A stretch of DNA of 64,000 nucleotides from Auanema rhodensis (taxonomy: Eukaryota > Animalia > Nematoda), in assembly GCA_964057225.1 (NCBI GenBank), contig OZ059900.1, positions 15,872,001 to 15,936,000 of the forward strand. Reading direction: 5' to 3'. The position numbers were made by a program, and so were the translations under genes. The notes beneath the pieces were generated by a model. It made no database searches, was not told the DNA's origin, and saw nothing but the letters and a program-made list of their open reading frames with translations. This document shows positions 13,701 through 28,500 of the stretch, in pieces. Position 1 is the first letter of the stretch, and each line of letters opens with the position of its first letter.

Positions 13701-16700
13701 ACACTAAAAAAATACAAAAACACAGTATTTCCCATGAGAAATATTTTATTATGCTGGAAAACGAGTTTTTGGAAATTTCGCTGTAAACAAGGTTTTGACT
13801 TACGATTTCATGTGTTCAAACTCATGCAATGTCAATGAAACCTAGCTCAAAATTGTTCCTACAACGTCTAGTTCCACTTTCACGACAAAAAAACAGGGGT
13901 TAGAAAATTAAGGAAATTAGCATATTCTGAGGGCACGCCCTTTATGGCTAATATTGATTAAATCGATTTTTGTTCATATGAGTCGTCAAATGCAACGAAT
14001 TTCAGCGTGTTACATACTAAAATGAAACATTTTACATGCTGAACACTATAAAAATACAAAAACACAGTATTTCCCATGAGAAATATTTTATTATGCTGGA
14101 AAACGAGTTTTTGGAAATTTCGCTGTAAACAAGGTTTTGACTTACGATTTCATGTGTTCAAACTCATGCAATGTCAATGAAACCTAGCTCAAAATTGTTC
14201 CTACAACGTCTAGTTCCACTTTCACGACAAAAAAACAGGGGTTAGAAAATTAAGGAAATTAGCATATTCTGAGGGCACGCCCCTTATGGCTAATATTGAT
14301 TAAATCGATTTTTGTTCATATGAGTCGTCAAATGAAACGAATTTCAGCGTGTTACATACTAAAATGAAGCATTTTACATGCTGAACACTAGAAAAATACA
14401 AAAACACAGTATTTCCCATGAGAAATATTTTATTATGCTGGAAAACCAGTTTTTGGAAATTTCGCTGTAAACAAGGTTTTGACTTACGATTTCATGTGTT
14501 CAAACTCATGCAATGTCAATGAAACCTAGCTCAAAATTGTTCCTACAACGTCTAGTTCCACTTTCACGACAACAAAACAGGGGTTAGAAAATTAAGGAAA
14601 TTAGCATATTCTGAGGGCACGCCCCTTATGGCTAATATTGATTAAATCGATTTTTGTTCATATGAGTCGTCAAATGCAACGAATTTCAGCGTGTTACATA
14701 CTAAAATGAAGCATTTCACATGCTGAACACTAGAAAAATACAAAAACACAGTATTTCCCATGAGAAATATTTTATTATGCTGGAAAACCAGTTTTTGGAA
14801 ATTTCGCTGTAAACAAGGTTTTGACTTACGATTTCATGTGTTCAAACTCATGCAATGTCAATGAAACCTAGCTCAAAATTGTTCCTACAACGTCTAGTTC
14901 CACTTTCACGACAACAAAACAGGGGTTAGAAAATTAAGGAAATTAGCATATTCTGAGGGCACGCCCCTTATGGCTAATATTGATTAAATCGATTTTTGTT
15001 CATATGAGTCGTCAAATGCAACGAATTTCAGCGTGTTACATACTAAAATGAAGCATTTCACATGCTGAACACTAGAAAAATACAAAAACACAGTATTTCC
15101 TATGAGAAATATTTTATTATGCTGGAAAACCAGTTTTTGGAAATTTCGCTGTAAACAAGGTTTTGACTTACGATTTCATGTGTTCAAACTCATGCAATGT
15201 CAATGAAACCTAGCTCAAAATTGTTCCTACAACGTCTAGTTCCACTTTCACGACAAAAAAACAGGGGTTAGAAAATTAAGGAAATTAGCATATTCTGAGG
15301 GCACGCCTCTTATGGCTAATATTGATTAAATCGATTTTTGTTCATATGAGTCGTCAAATGCAACGAATTTCAGCGTGTTACATACTAAAATGAAGCATTT
15401 TACATGCTGAACACTATAAAAATACAAAAACACAGTATTTCCCATGAGAAATATTTTATTATGCTGGAAAACCAGTTTTTGGAAATTTCGCTGTAAACAA
15501 GGTTTTGACTTACGATTTCATGTGTTCAAACTCATGCAATGTCAATGAAACCTAGCTCAAAATTGTTCCTACAACGTCTAGTTCCACTTTCACGACAACA
15601 AAACAGGGGTTAGAAAATTAAGGAAATTAGCATATTCTGAGGGCACGCCCCTTATGGCTAATATTGATTAAATCGATTTTTGTTCATATGAGTCGTCAAA
15701 TGCAACGAATTTCAGCGTGTTACATACTAAAATGAAGCATTTCACATGCTGAACACTAGAAAAATACAAAAACACAGTATTTCCCATGAGAAATATTTTA
15801 TTATGCTGGAAAACCAGTTTTTGGAAATTTCGCTGTAAACAAGGTTTTGACTTACGATTTCATGTGTTCAAACTCATGCAATGTCAATGAAACCTAGCTC
15901 AAAATTGTTGGTACAACGTCTAGTTCCACTTTCACGACAAAAAAACAGGGGTTAGAAAATTGAGGAAATTAGCATAATCTGAGGGCACGCCCCTTATGGC
16001 TAATATTGATTAAATCGATTTTTGTTCATATGAGTCGTCAAATGCAATTAATTTCAGCGTGTCACATACTAAAATGAAGCATTTTACATGCTGAACACTA
16101 AAAAAATACAAAAACACAGTATTTCCCATGAGAAATATTTTATTATGCTGGAAAACGAGTTTTTGGAAATTTCGCTGTAAACAAGGTTTTGACTTACGAT
16201 TTCATGTGTTCAAACTCATGCAATGTCAATGAAACCTAGCTCAAAATTGTTCCTACAACGTCTAGTTCCACTTTCACGACAAAAAAACAGGGGTTAGAAA
16301 ATTAAGGAAATTAGCATATTCTGAGGGCACGCCCTTTATGGCTAATATTGATTAAATCGATTTTTGTTCATATGAGTCGTCAAATGCAACGAATTTCAGC
16401 GTGTTACATACTAAAATGAAACATTTTACATGCTGAACACTATAAAAATACAAAAACACAGTATTTCCCATGAGAAATATTTTATTATGCTGGAAAACCA
16501 GTTTTTGGAAATTTCGCTGTAAACAAGGTTTTGACTTACGATTTCATGTGTTCAAACTCATGCAATGTCAATGAAACCTAGCTCAAAATTGTTCCTACAA
16601 CGTCTAGTTCCACTTTCACGACAAAAAAACAGGGGTTAGAAAATTAAGGAAATTAGCATATTCTGAGGGCACGCCCCTTATGGCTAATATTGATTAAATC

Positions 16701-19700
16701 GATTTTTGTTCATATGAGTCGTCAAATGCAACGAATTTCAGCGTGTTACATACTAAAATGAAGCATTTTACATGCTGAACACTAGAAAAATACAAAAACA
16801 CAGTATTTCCCATGAGAAATATTTTATTATGCTGGAAAACCAGTTTTTGGAAATTTCGCTGTAAACAAGGTTTTGACTTACGATTTCATGTGTTCAAACT
16901 CATGCAATGTCAATGAAACCTAGCTCAAAATTGTTCCTACAACGTCTAGTTCCACTTTCACGACAACAAAACAGGGGTTAGAAAATTAAGGAAATTAGCA
17001 TATTCTGAGGGCACGCCCCTTATGGCTTATATTGATTAAATCGATTTTTGTTCATATGAGTCGTCAAATGCAACGAATTTCAGCGTGTTACATACTAAAA
17101 TGAAACATTTTACATGCTGAACACTATAAAAATACAAAAACACAGTATTTCCCATGAGAAATATTTTATTATGCTGGAAAACCAGTTTTTGGAAATTTCG
17201 CTGTAAACAAGGTTTTGACTTACGATTTCATGTGTTCAAACTAATGCAATGTCAATGAAACCTAGCTCAAAATTGTTCGTACAACGTCTAGTTCCACTTT
17301 CACGACAAAAAAACAGGGGTTAGAAAATTAAGGAAATTAGCATATTCTGAGGGCACGCCCCTTATGGCTAATATTGATTAAATCGATTTTTGTTCATATG
17401 AGTCGTCAAATGCAACGAATTTCAGCGTGTTACATACTAAAATGAAGCATTTTACATGCTGAACACTAAAAAAATACAAAAACACAGTATTTCCCATGAG
17501 AAATATTTTATTATGCTGGAAAACGAGTTTTTGGAAATTTCGCTGTAAACAAGGTTTTGACTTACGATTTCATGTGTTCAAACTCATGCAATGTCAATGA
17601 AACCTAGCTCAAAATTGTTCCTACAACGTCTAGTTCCACTTTCACGACAAAAAAACAGGGGTTAGAAAATTAAGGAAATTAGCATATTCTGAGGGCACGC
17701 CCTTTATGGCTAATATTGATTAAATCGATTTTTGTTCATATGAGTCGTCAAATGCAACGAATTTCAGCGTGTTACATACTAAAATGAAACATTTTACATG
17801 CTGAACACTATAAAAATACAAAAACACAGTATTTCCCATGAGAAATATTTTATTATGCTGGAAAACGAGTTTTTGGAAATTTCGCTGTAAACAAGGTTTT
17901 GACTTACGATTTCATGTGTTCAAACTCATGCAATGTCAATGAAACCTAGCTCAAAATTGTTCCTACAACGTCTAGTTCCACTTTCACGACAAAAAAACAG
18001 GGGTTAGAAAATTAAGGAAATTAGCATATTCTGAGGGCACGCCCCTTATGGCTAATATTGATTAAATCGATTTTTGTTCATATGAGTCGTCAAATGAAAC
18101 GAATTTCAGCGTGTTACATACTAAAATGAAGCATTTTACATGCTGAACACTAGAAAAATACAAAAACACAGTATTTCCCATGAGAAATATTTTATTATGC
18201 TGGAAAACCAGTTTTTGGAAATTTCGCTGTAAACAAGGTTTTGACTTACGATTTCATGTGTTCAAACTCATGCAATGTCAATGAAACCTAGCTCAAAATT
18301 GTTCCTACAACGTCTAATTCCACTTTCACGACAACAAAACAGGGGTTAGAAAATTAAGGAAATTAGCATATTCTGAGGGCACGCCCCTTATGGCTAATAT
18401 TGATTAAATCGATTTTTGTTCATATGAGTCGTCAAATGCAACGAATTTCAGCGTGTTACATACTAAAATGAAGCATTTCACATGCTGAACACTAGAAAAA
18501 TACAAAAACACAGTATTTCCTATGAGAAATATTTTATTATGCTGGAAAACCAGTTTTTGGAAATTTCGCTGTAAACAAGGTTTTGACTTACGATTTCATG
18601 TGTTCAAACTCATGCAATGTCAATGAAACCTAGCTCAAAATTGTTCCTACAACGTCTAGTTCCACTTTCACGACAAAAAAACAGGGGTTAGAAAATTAAG
18701 GAAATTAGCATATTCTGAGGGCACGCCTCTTATGGCTAATATTGATTAAATCGATTTTTGTTCATATGAGTCGTCAAATGCAACGAATTTCAGCGTGTTA
18801 CATACTAAAATGAAGCATTTTACATGCTGAACACTATAAAAATACAAAAACACAGTATTTCCCATGAGAAATATTTTATTATGCTGGAAAACCAGTTTTT
18901 GGAAATTTCGCTGTAAACAAGGTTTTGACTTACGATTTCATGTGTTCAAACTCATGCAATGTCAATGAAACCTAGCTCAAAATTGTTCGTACAACGTCTA
19001 GTTCCACTTTCACGACAAAAAAACAGGGGTTAGAAAATTGAGGAAATTAGCATATTCTGAGGGCACGCCCCTTATGGCTAATATTGATTAAATCGATTTT
19101 TGTTCATATGAGTCGTCAAATGCAATTAATTTCAGCGTGTCACATACTAAAATGAAGCATTTTACATGCTGAACACTAAAAAAATACAAAAACACAGTAT
19201 TTCCCATGAGAAATATTTTATTATGCTGGAAAACGAGTTTTTGGAAATTTCGCTGTAAACAAGGTTTTGACTTACGATTTCATGTGTTCAAACTCATGCA
19301 ATGTCAATGAAATCTAGCTCAAAATTGTTCCTACAACGTCTAGTTCCACTTTCACGACAAAAAAACAGGGGTTAGAAAATTAAGGAAATTAGCAGATTCT
19401 GAGGGCACGCCCTTTATGGCTTATATTGATTAAATCGATTTTTGTTCATATGAGTCGTCAAATGCAACGAATTTCAGCGTGTTACATACTAAAATGAAAC
19501 ATTTTACATGCTGAACACTATAAAAATACAAAAACACAGTATTTCCCATGAGAAATATTTTATTATGCTGGAAAACCAGTTTTTGGAAATTTCGCTGTAA
19601 ACAAGGTTTTGACTTACGATTTCATGTGTTCAAACTCATGCAATGTCAATGAAACCTAGCTCAAAATTGTTCCTACAACGTCTAGTTTCACTTTCACGAC

Positions 19701-22571
19701 AACAAAACAGGGGTTAGAAAATTAAGGAAATTAGCATAATCTGAGGGCACGCCCTTTATGGCTAATATTGATTAAATCGATTTTTGTTCATATGAGTCGT
19801 CAAATGCAACGAATTTCAGCGTGTTACATACTAAAATGAAACATTTTACATGCTGAACACTATAAAAATACAAAAACACAGTATTTCCCATGAGAAATAT
19901 TTTATTATGCTGGAAAACCAGTTTTTGGAAATTTCGCTGTAAACAAGGTTTTGACTTACGATTTCATGTGTTCAAACTCATGCAATGTCAATGAAATCTA
20001 GCTCGAAATTGTTCCTACAACGTCTAGTTCCACTTTCACGACAAAAAAACAGGGGTTAGAAAATTAAGGAAATTAGCATATTCTGAGGGCACGCCCTTTA
20101 TGGCTAATATTGATTAAATCGATTTTTGTTCATATGAGTCGTCAAATGAAACGAATTTCAGCGTGTTACATACTAAAATGAAGCATTTTACATGCTGAAC
20201 ACTAGAAAAATACAAAAACACAGTATTTCCCATGAGAAATATTTTATTATGCTGGAAAACCAGTTTTTGGAAATTTCGCTGTAAACAAGGTTTTGACTTA
20301 CGATTTCATGTGTTCAAACTCATGCAATGTCAATGAAACCTAGCTCAAAATTGTTCCTACAACGTCTAGTTCCACTTTCACGACAACAAAACAGGGGTTA
20401 GAAAATTAAGGAAATTAGCATATTCTGAGGGCACGCCCCTTATGGCTAATATTGATTAAATCGATTTTTGTTCATATGAGTCGTCAAATGCAACGAATTT
20501 CAGCGTGTTACATACTAAAATGAAGCATTTCACATGCTGAACACTAGAAAAATACAAAAACACAGTATTTCCTATGAGAAATATTTTATTATGCTGGAAA
20601 ACCAGTTTTTGGAAATTTCGCTGTAAACAAGGTTTTGACTTACGATTTCATGTGTTCAAACTCATGCAATGTCAATGAAACCTAGCTCAAAATTGTTCCT
20701 ACAACGTCTAGTTCCACTTTCACGACAAAAAAACAGGGGTTAGAAAATTAAGGAAATTAGCATATTCTGAGGGCACGCCTCTTATGGCTAATATTGATTA
20801 AATCGATTTTTGTTCATATGAGTCGTCAAATGCAACGAATTTCAGCGTGTTACATACTAAAATGAAGCATTTTACATGCTGAACACTATAAAAATACAAA
20901 AACACAGTATTTCCCATGAGAAATATTTTATTATGCTGGAAAACCAGTTTTTGGAAATTTCGCTGTAAACAAGGTTTTGACTTACGATTTCATGTGTTCA
21001 AACTCATGCAATGTCAATGAAACCTAGCTCAAAATTGTTCCTACAACGTCTAGTTCCACTTTCACGACAACAAAACAGGGGTTAGAAAATTAAGGAAATT
21101 AGCATATTCTGAGGGCACGCCCCTTATGGCTAATATTGATTAAATCGATTTTTGTTCATATGAGTCGTCAAATGCAACGAATTTCAGCGTGTTACATACT
21201 AAAATGAAGCATTTCACATGCTGAACACTAGAAAAATACAAAAACACAGTATTTCCCATGAGAAATATTTTATTATGCTGGAAAACCAGTTTTTGGAAAT
21301 TTCGCTGTAAACAAGGTTTTGACTTACGATTTCATGTGTTCAAACTCATGCAATGTCAATGAAACCTAGCTCAAAATTGTTCGTACAACGTCTAGTTCCA
21401 CTTTCACGACAAAAAAACAGGGGTTAGAAAATTGAGGAAATTAGCATAATCTGAGGGCACGCCCCTTATGGCTAATATTGATTAAATCGATTTTTGTTCA
21501 TATGAGTCGTCAAATGCAATTAATTTCAGCGTGTCACATACTAAAATGAAGCATTTTACATGCTGAACACTAAAAAAATACAAAAACACAGTATTTCCCA
21601 TGAGAAATATTTTATTATGCTGGAAAACGAGTTTTTGGAAATTTCGCTGTAAACAAGGTTTTGACTTACGATTTCATGTGTTCAAACTCATGCAATGTCA
21701 ATGAAATCTAGCTCAAAATTGTTCCTACAACGTCTAGTTCCACTTTCACGACAAAAAAACAGGGGTTAGAAAATTAAGGAAATTAGCAGATTCTGAGGGC
21801 ACGCCCTTTATGGCTTATATTGATTAAATCGATTTTTGTTCATATGAGTCGTCAAATGCAACGAATTTCAGCGTGTTACATACTAAAATGAAACATTTTA
21901 CATGCTGAACACTATAAAAATACAAAAACACAGTATTTCCCATGAGAAATATTTTATTATGCTGGAAAACCAGTTTTTGGAAATTTCGCTGTAAACAAGG
22001 TTTTGACTTACGATTTCATGTGTTCAAACTCATGCAATGTCAATGAAACCTAGCTCAAAATTGTTCCTACAACGTCTAGTTCCACTTTCACGACAACAAA
22101 ACAGGGGTTAGAAAATTAAGGAAATTAGCATAATCTGAGGGCACGCCCCTTATGGCTAATATTGATTAAATCGATTTTTGTTCATATGAGTCGTCAAATG
22201 CAATTAATTTCAGCGTGTCACATACTAAAATGAAGCATTTTACATGCTGAACACTAAAAAAATACAAAAACACAGTATTTCCCATGAGAAATATTTTATT
22301 ATGCTGGAAAACGAGTTTTTGGAAATTTCGCTGTAAACAAGGTTTTGACTTACGATTTCATGTGTTCAAACTCATGCAATGTCAATGAAATCTAGCTCGA
22401 AATTGTTCCTACAACGTCTAGTTCCACTTTCACGACAAAAAAACAGGGGTTAGAAAATTAAGGAAATTAGCAGATTCTGAGGGCACGCCCTTTATGGCTT
22501 ATATTGATTAAATCGATTTTTGTTCATATGAGTCGTCAAATGCAACGAATTTCAGCGTGTTACATACTAAA
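4788..22571 (+). repeat. Dispersed block duplication of 11 monomers (4,788-8,549 vs 18,810-22,571; offset 14,022 bp = 41 monomers)
   Basis: Monomer-by-monomer variant haplotypes match, including the rare AATCT+CTCGA+GAAAC monomer at 5,814 and 19,836. About 3 differences were seen. Confidence 0.8.
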
Positions 22572-25500
22572 ATGAAACATTTTACATGCTGAACACTATA
22601 AAAATACAAAAACACAGTATTTCCCATGAGAAATATTTTATTATGCTGGAAAACCAGTTTTTGGAAATTTCGCTGTAAACAAGGTTTTGACTTACGATTT
22701 CATGTGTTCAAACTCATGCAATGTCAATGAAACCTAGCTCAAAATTGTTCGTACAACGTCTAGTTCCACTTTCACGACAAAAAAACAGGGGTTAGAAAAT
22801 TAAGGAAATTAGCATATTCTGAGGGCACGCCCCTTATGGCTAATATTGATTAAATCGATTTTTGTTCATATGAGTCGTCAAATGCAACGAATTTCAGCGT
22901 GTTACATACTAAAATGAAGCATTTTACATGCTGAACACTAAAAAAATACAAAAACACAGTATTTCCCATGAGAAATATTTTATTATGCTGGAAAACGAGT
23001 TTTTGGAAATTTCGCTGTAAACAAGGTTTTGACTTACGATTTCATGTGTTCAAACTCATGCAATGTCAATGAAACCTAGCTCAAAATTGTTCCTACAACG
23101 TCTAGTTCCACTTTCACGACAAAAAAACAGGGGTTAGAAAATTAAGGAAATTAGCATATTCTGAGGGCACGCCCCTTATGGCTAATATTGATTAAATCGA
23201 TTTTTGTTCATATGAGTCGTCAAATGCAACGAATTTCAGCGTGTTACATACTAAAATGAAGCATTTTACATGCTGAACACTAAAAAAATACAAAAACACA
23301 GTATTTCCCATGAGAAATATTTTATTATGCTGGAAAACGAGTTTTTGGAAATTTCGCTGTAAACAAGGTTTTGACTTACGATTTCATGTGTTCAAACTCA
23401 TGCAATGTCAATGAAATCTAGCTCAAAATTGTTCCTACAACGTCTAGTTCCACTTTCACGACAAAAAAACAGGGGTTAGAAAATTAAGGAAATTAGCAGA
23501 TTCTGAGGGCACGCCCTTTATGGCTTATATTGATTAAATCGATTTTTGTTCATATGAGTCGTCAAATGCAACGAATTTCAGCGTGTTACATACTAAAATG
23601 AAACATTTTACATGCTGAACACTATAAAAATACAAAAACACAGTATTTCCCATGAGAAATATTTTATTATGCTGGAAAACCAGTTTTTGGAAATTTCGCT
23701 GTAAACAAGGTTTTGACTTACGATATCATGTGTTCAAACTCATGCAATGTCAATGAAACCTAGCTCAAAATTGTTCCTACAACGTCTAGTTCCACTTTCA
23801 CGACAAAAAAACAGGGGTTAGAAAATTAAGGAAATTAGCATATTCTGAGGGCACGCCCCTTATGGCTAATATTGATTAAATCGATTTTTGTTCATATGAG
23901 TCGTCAAATGCAATTAATTTCAGCGTGTTACATACTAAAATGAAGCATTTTACATGCTGAACACTAAAAAAATACAAAAACACAGTATTTCCCATGAGAA
24001 ATATTTTATTATGCTGGAAAACGAGTTTTTGGAAATTTCGCTGTAAACAAGGTTTTGACTTACGATTTCATGTGTTCAAACTCATGCAATGTCAATGAAA
24101 TCTAGCTCAAAATTGTTCCTACAACGTCTAGTTCCACTTTCACGACAAAAAAACAGGGGTTAGAAAATTAAGGAAATTAGCAGATTCTGAGGGCACGCCC
24201 TTTATGGCTTATATTGATTAAATCGATTTTTGTTCATATGAGTCGTCAAATGCAACGAATTTCAGCGTGTTACATACTAAAATGAAACATTTTACATGCT
24301 GAACACTATAAAAATACAAAAACACAGTATTTCCCATGAGAAATATTTTATTATGCTGGAAAACCAGTTTTTGGAAATTTCGCTGTAAACAAGGTTTTGA
24401 CTTACGATTTCATGTGTTCAAACTCATGCAATGTCAATGAAACCTAGCTCAAAATTGTTCCTACAACGTCTAGTTCCACTTTCACGACAAAAAAACAGGG
24501 GTTAGAAAATTAAGGAAATTAGCATATTCTGAGGGCACGCCCCTTATGGCTAATATTGATTAAATCGATTTTTGTTCATATGAGTCGTCAAATGCAATTA
24601 ATTTCAGCGTGTTACATACTAAAATGAAGCATTTTACATGCTGAACACTAAAAAAATACAAAAACACAGTATTTCCCATGAGAAATATTTTATTATGCTG
24701 GAAAACGAGTTTTTGGAAATTTCGCTGTAAACAAGGTTTTGACTTACGATTTCATGTGTTCAAACTCATGCAATGTCAATGAAATCTAGCTCAAAATTGT
24801 TCCTACAACGTCTAGTTCCACTTTCACGACAAAAAAACAGGGGTTAGAAAATTGAGGAAATTAGCAGATTCTGAGGGCACGCCCTTTATGGCTAATATTG
24901 ATTAAATCGATTTTTGTTCATATGAGTCGTCAAATGCAACGAATTTCAGCGTGTTACATACTAAAATGAAACATTTTACATGCTGAACACTATAAAAATA
25001 CAAAAACACAGTATTTCCCATGAGAAATATTTTATTATGCTGGAAAACGAGTTTTTGGAAATTTCGCTGTAAACAAGGTTTTGACTTACGATTTCATGTG
25101 TTCAAACTCATGCAATGTCAATGAAATCTAGCTCAAAATTGTTCGTACAACGTCTAGTTCCACTTTCACGACAAAAAAACAGGGGTTAGAAAATTAAGGA
25201 AATTAGCATATTCTGAGGGCACGCCCCTTATGGCTAATATTGATTAAATCGATTTTTGTTCATATGAGTCGTCAAATGCAACGAATTTCAGCGTGTTACA
25301 TACTAAAATGAAGCATTTCACATGCTGAACACTAGAAAAATACAAAAACACAGTATTTCCCATGAGAAATATTTTATTATGCTGGAAAACGAGTTTTTGG
25401 AAATTTCGCTGTAAACAAGGTTTTGACTTACGATTTCATGTGTTCAAACTCATGCAATGTCAATGAAATCTAGCTCAAAATTGTTCCTACAACGTCTAGT

Positions 25501-28500
25501 TCCACTTTCACGACAAAAAAACAGGGGTTAGAAAATTGAGGAAATTAGCAGATTCTGAGGGCACGCCCTTTATGGCTTATATTGATTAAATCGATTTTTG
25601 TTCATATGAGTCGTCAAATGCAACGAATTTCAGCGTGTTACATACTAAAATGAAGCATTTCACATGCTGAACACTAGAAAAATACAAAAACACAGTATTT
25701 CCTATGAGAAATATTTTATTATGCTGGAAAACCAGTTTTTGGAAATTTCGCTGTAAACAAGGTTTTGACTTACGATTTCATGTGTTCAAACTCATGCAAT
25801 GTCAATGAAACCTAGCTCAAAATTGTTCCTACAACGTCTAGTTCCACTTTCACGACAAAAAAACAGGGGTTAGAAAATTAAGGAAATTAGCATATTCTGA
25901 GGGCACGCCTCTTATGGCTAATATTGATTAAATCGATTTTTGTTCATATGAGTCGTCAAATGCAACGAATTTCAGCGTGTTACATACTAAAATGAAGCAT
26001 TTCACATGCTGAACACTAGAAAAATACAAAAACACAGTATTTCCCATGAGAAATATTTTATTATGCTGGAAAACGAGTTTTTGGAAATTTCGCTGTAAAC
26101 AAGGTTTTGACTTACGATTTCATGTGTTCAAACTCATGCAATGTCAATGAAATCTAGCTCAAAATTGTTCCTACAACGTCTAGTTCCACTTTCACGACAA
26201 AAAAACAGGGGTTAGAAAATTGAGGAAATTAGCAGATTCTGAGGGCACGCCCTTTATGGCTTATATTGATTAAATCGATTTTTGTTCATATGAGTCGTCA
26301 AATGCAACGAATTTCAGCGTGTTACATACTAAAATGAAGCATTTCACATGCTGAACACTAGAAAAATACAAAAACACAGTATTTCCTATGAGAAATATTT
26401 TATTATGCTGGAAAACCAGTTTTTGGAAATTTCGCTGTAAACAAGGTTTTGACTTACGATTTCATGTGTTCAAACTCATGCAATGTCAATGAAACCTAGC
26501 TCAAAATTGTTCCTACAACGTCTAGTTCCACTTTCACGACAAAAAAACAGGGGTTAGAAAATTAAGGAAATTAGCATATTCTGAGGGCACGCCTCTTATG
26601 GCTAATATTGATTAAATCGATTTTTGTTCATATGAGTCGTCAAATGCAACGAATTTCAGCGTGTTACATACTAAAATGAAGCATTTTACATGCTGAACAC
26701 TATAAAAATACAAAAACACAGTATTTCCCATGAGAAATATTTTATTATGCTGGAAAACCAGTTTTTGGAAATTTCGCTGTAAACAAGGTTTTGACTTACG
26801 ATTTCATGTGTTCAAACTCATGCAATGTCAATGAAACCTAGCTCAAAATTGTTCCTACAACGTCTAGTTCCACTTTCACGACAACAAAACAGGGGTTAGA
26901 AAATTAAGGAAATTAGCATATTCTGAGGGCACGCCCCTTATGGCTAATATTGATTAAATCGATTTTTGTTCATATGAGTCGTCAAATGCAACGAATTTCA
27001 GCGTGTTACATACTAAAATGAAGCATTTCACATGCTGAACACTAGAAAAATACAAAAACACAGTATTTCCCATGAGAAATATTTTATTATGCTGGAAAAC
27101 CAGTTTTTGGAAATTTCGCTGTAAACAAGGTTTTGACTTACGATTTCATGTGTTCAAACTCATGCAATGTCAATGAAACCTAGCTCAAAATTGTTCGTAC
27201 AACGTCTAGTTCCACTTTCACGACAAAAAAACAGGGGTTAGAAAATTGAGGAAATTAGCATAATCTGAGGGCACGCCCCTTATGGCTAATATTGATTAAA
27301 TCGATTTTTGTTCATATGAGTCGTCAAATGCAATTAATTTCAGCGTGTCACATACTAAAATGAAGCATTTTACATGCTGAACACTAAAAAAATACAAAAA
27401 CACAGTATTTCCCATGAGAAATATTTTATTATGCTGGAAAACGAGTTTTTGGAAATTTCGCTGTAAACAAGGTTTTGACTTACGATTTCATGTGTTCAAA
27501 CTCATGCAATGTCAATGAAATCTAGCTCAAAATTGTTCCTACAACGTCTAGTTCCACTTTCACGACAAAAAAACAGGGGTTAGAAAATTAAGGAAATTAG
27601 CAGATTCTGAGGGCACGCCCTTTATGGCTTATATTGATTAAATCGATTTTTGTTCATATGAGTCGTCAAATGCAACGAATTTCAGCGTGTTACATACTAA
27701 AATGAAACATTTTACATGCTGAACACTATAAAAATACAAAAACACAGTATTTCCCATGAGAAATATTTTATTATGCTGGAAAACCAGTTTTTGGAAATTT
27801 CGCTGTAAACAAGGTTTTGACTTACGATTTCATGTGTTCAAACTCATGCAATGTCAATGAAACCTAGCTCAAAATTGTTCCTACAACGTCTAGTTCCACT
27901 TTCACGACAACAAAACAGGGGTTAGAAAATTAAGGAAATTAGCATAATCTGAGGGCACGCCCCTTATGGCTAATATTGATTAAATCGATTTTTGTTCATA
28001 TGAGTCGTCAAATGCAATTAATTTCAGCGTGTCACATACTAAAATGAAGCATTTTACATGCTGAACACTAAAAAAATACAAAAACACAGTATTTCCCATG
28101 AGAAATATTTTATTATGCTGGAAAACGAGTTTTTGGAAATTTCGCTGTAAACAAGGTTTTGACTTACGATTTCATGTGTTCAAACTCATGCAATGTCAAT
28201 GAAATCTAGCTCGAAATTGTTCCTACAACGTCTAGTTCCACTTTCACGACAAAAAAACAGGGGTTAGAAAATTAAGGAAATTAGCAGATTCTGAGGGCAC
28301 GCCCTTTATGGCTTATATTGATTAAATCGATTTTTGTTCATATGAGTCGTCAAATGCAACGAATTTCAGCGTGTTACATACTAAAATGAAACATTTTACA
28401 TGCTGAACACTATAAAAATACAAAAACACAGTATTTCCCATGAGAAATATTTTATTATGCTGGAAAACCAGTTTTTGGAAATTTCGCTGTAAACAAGGTT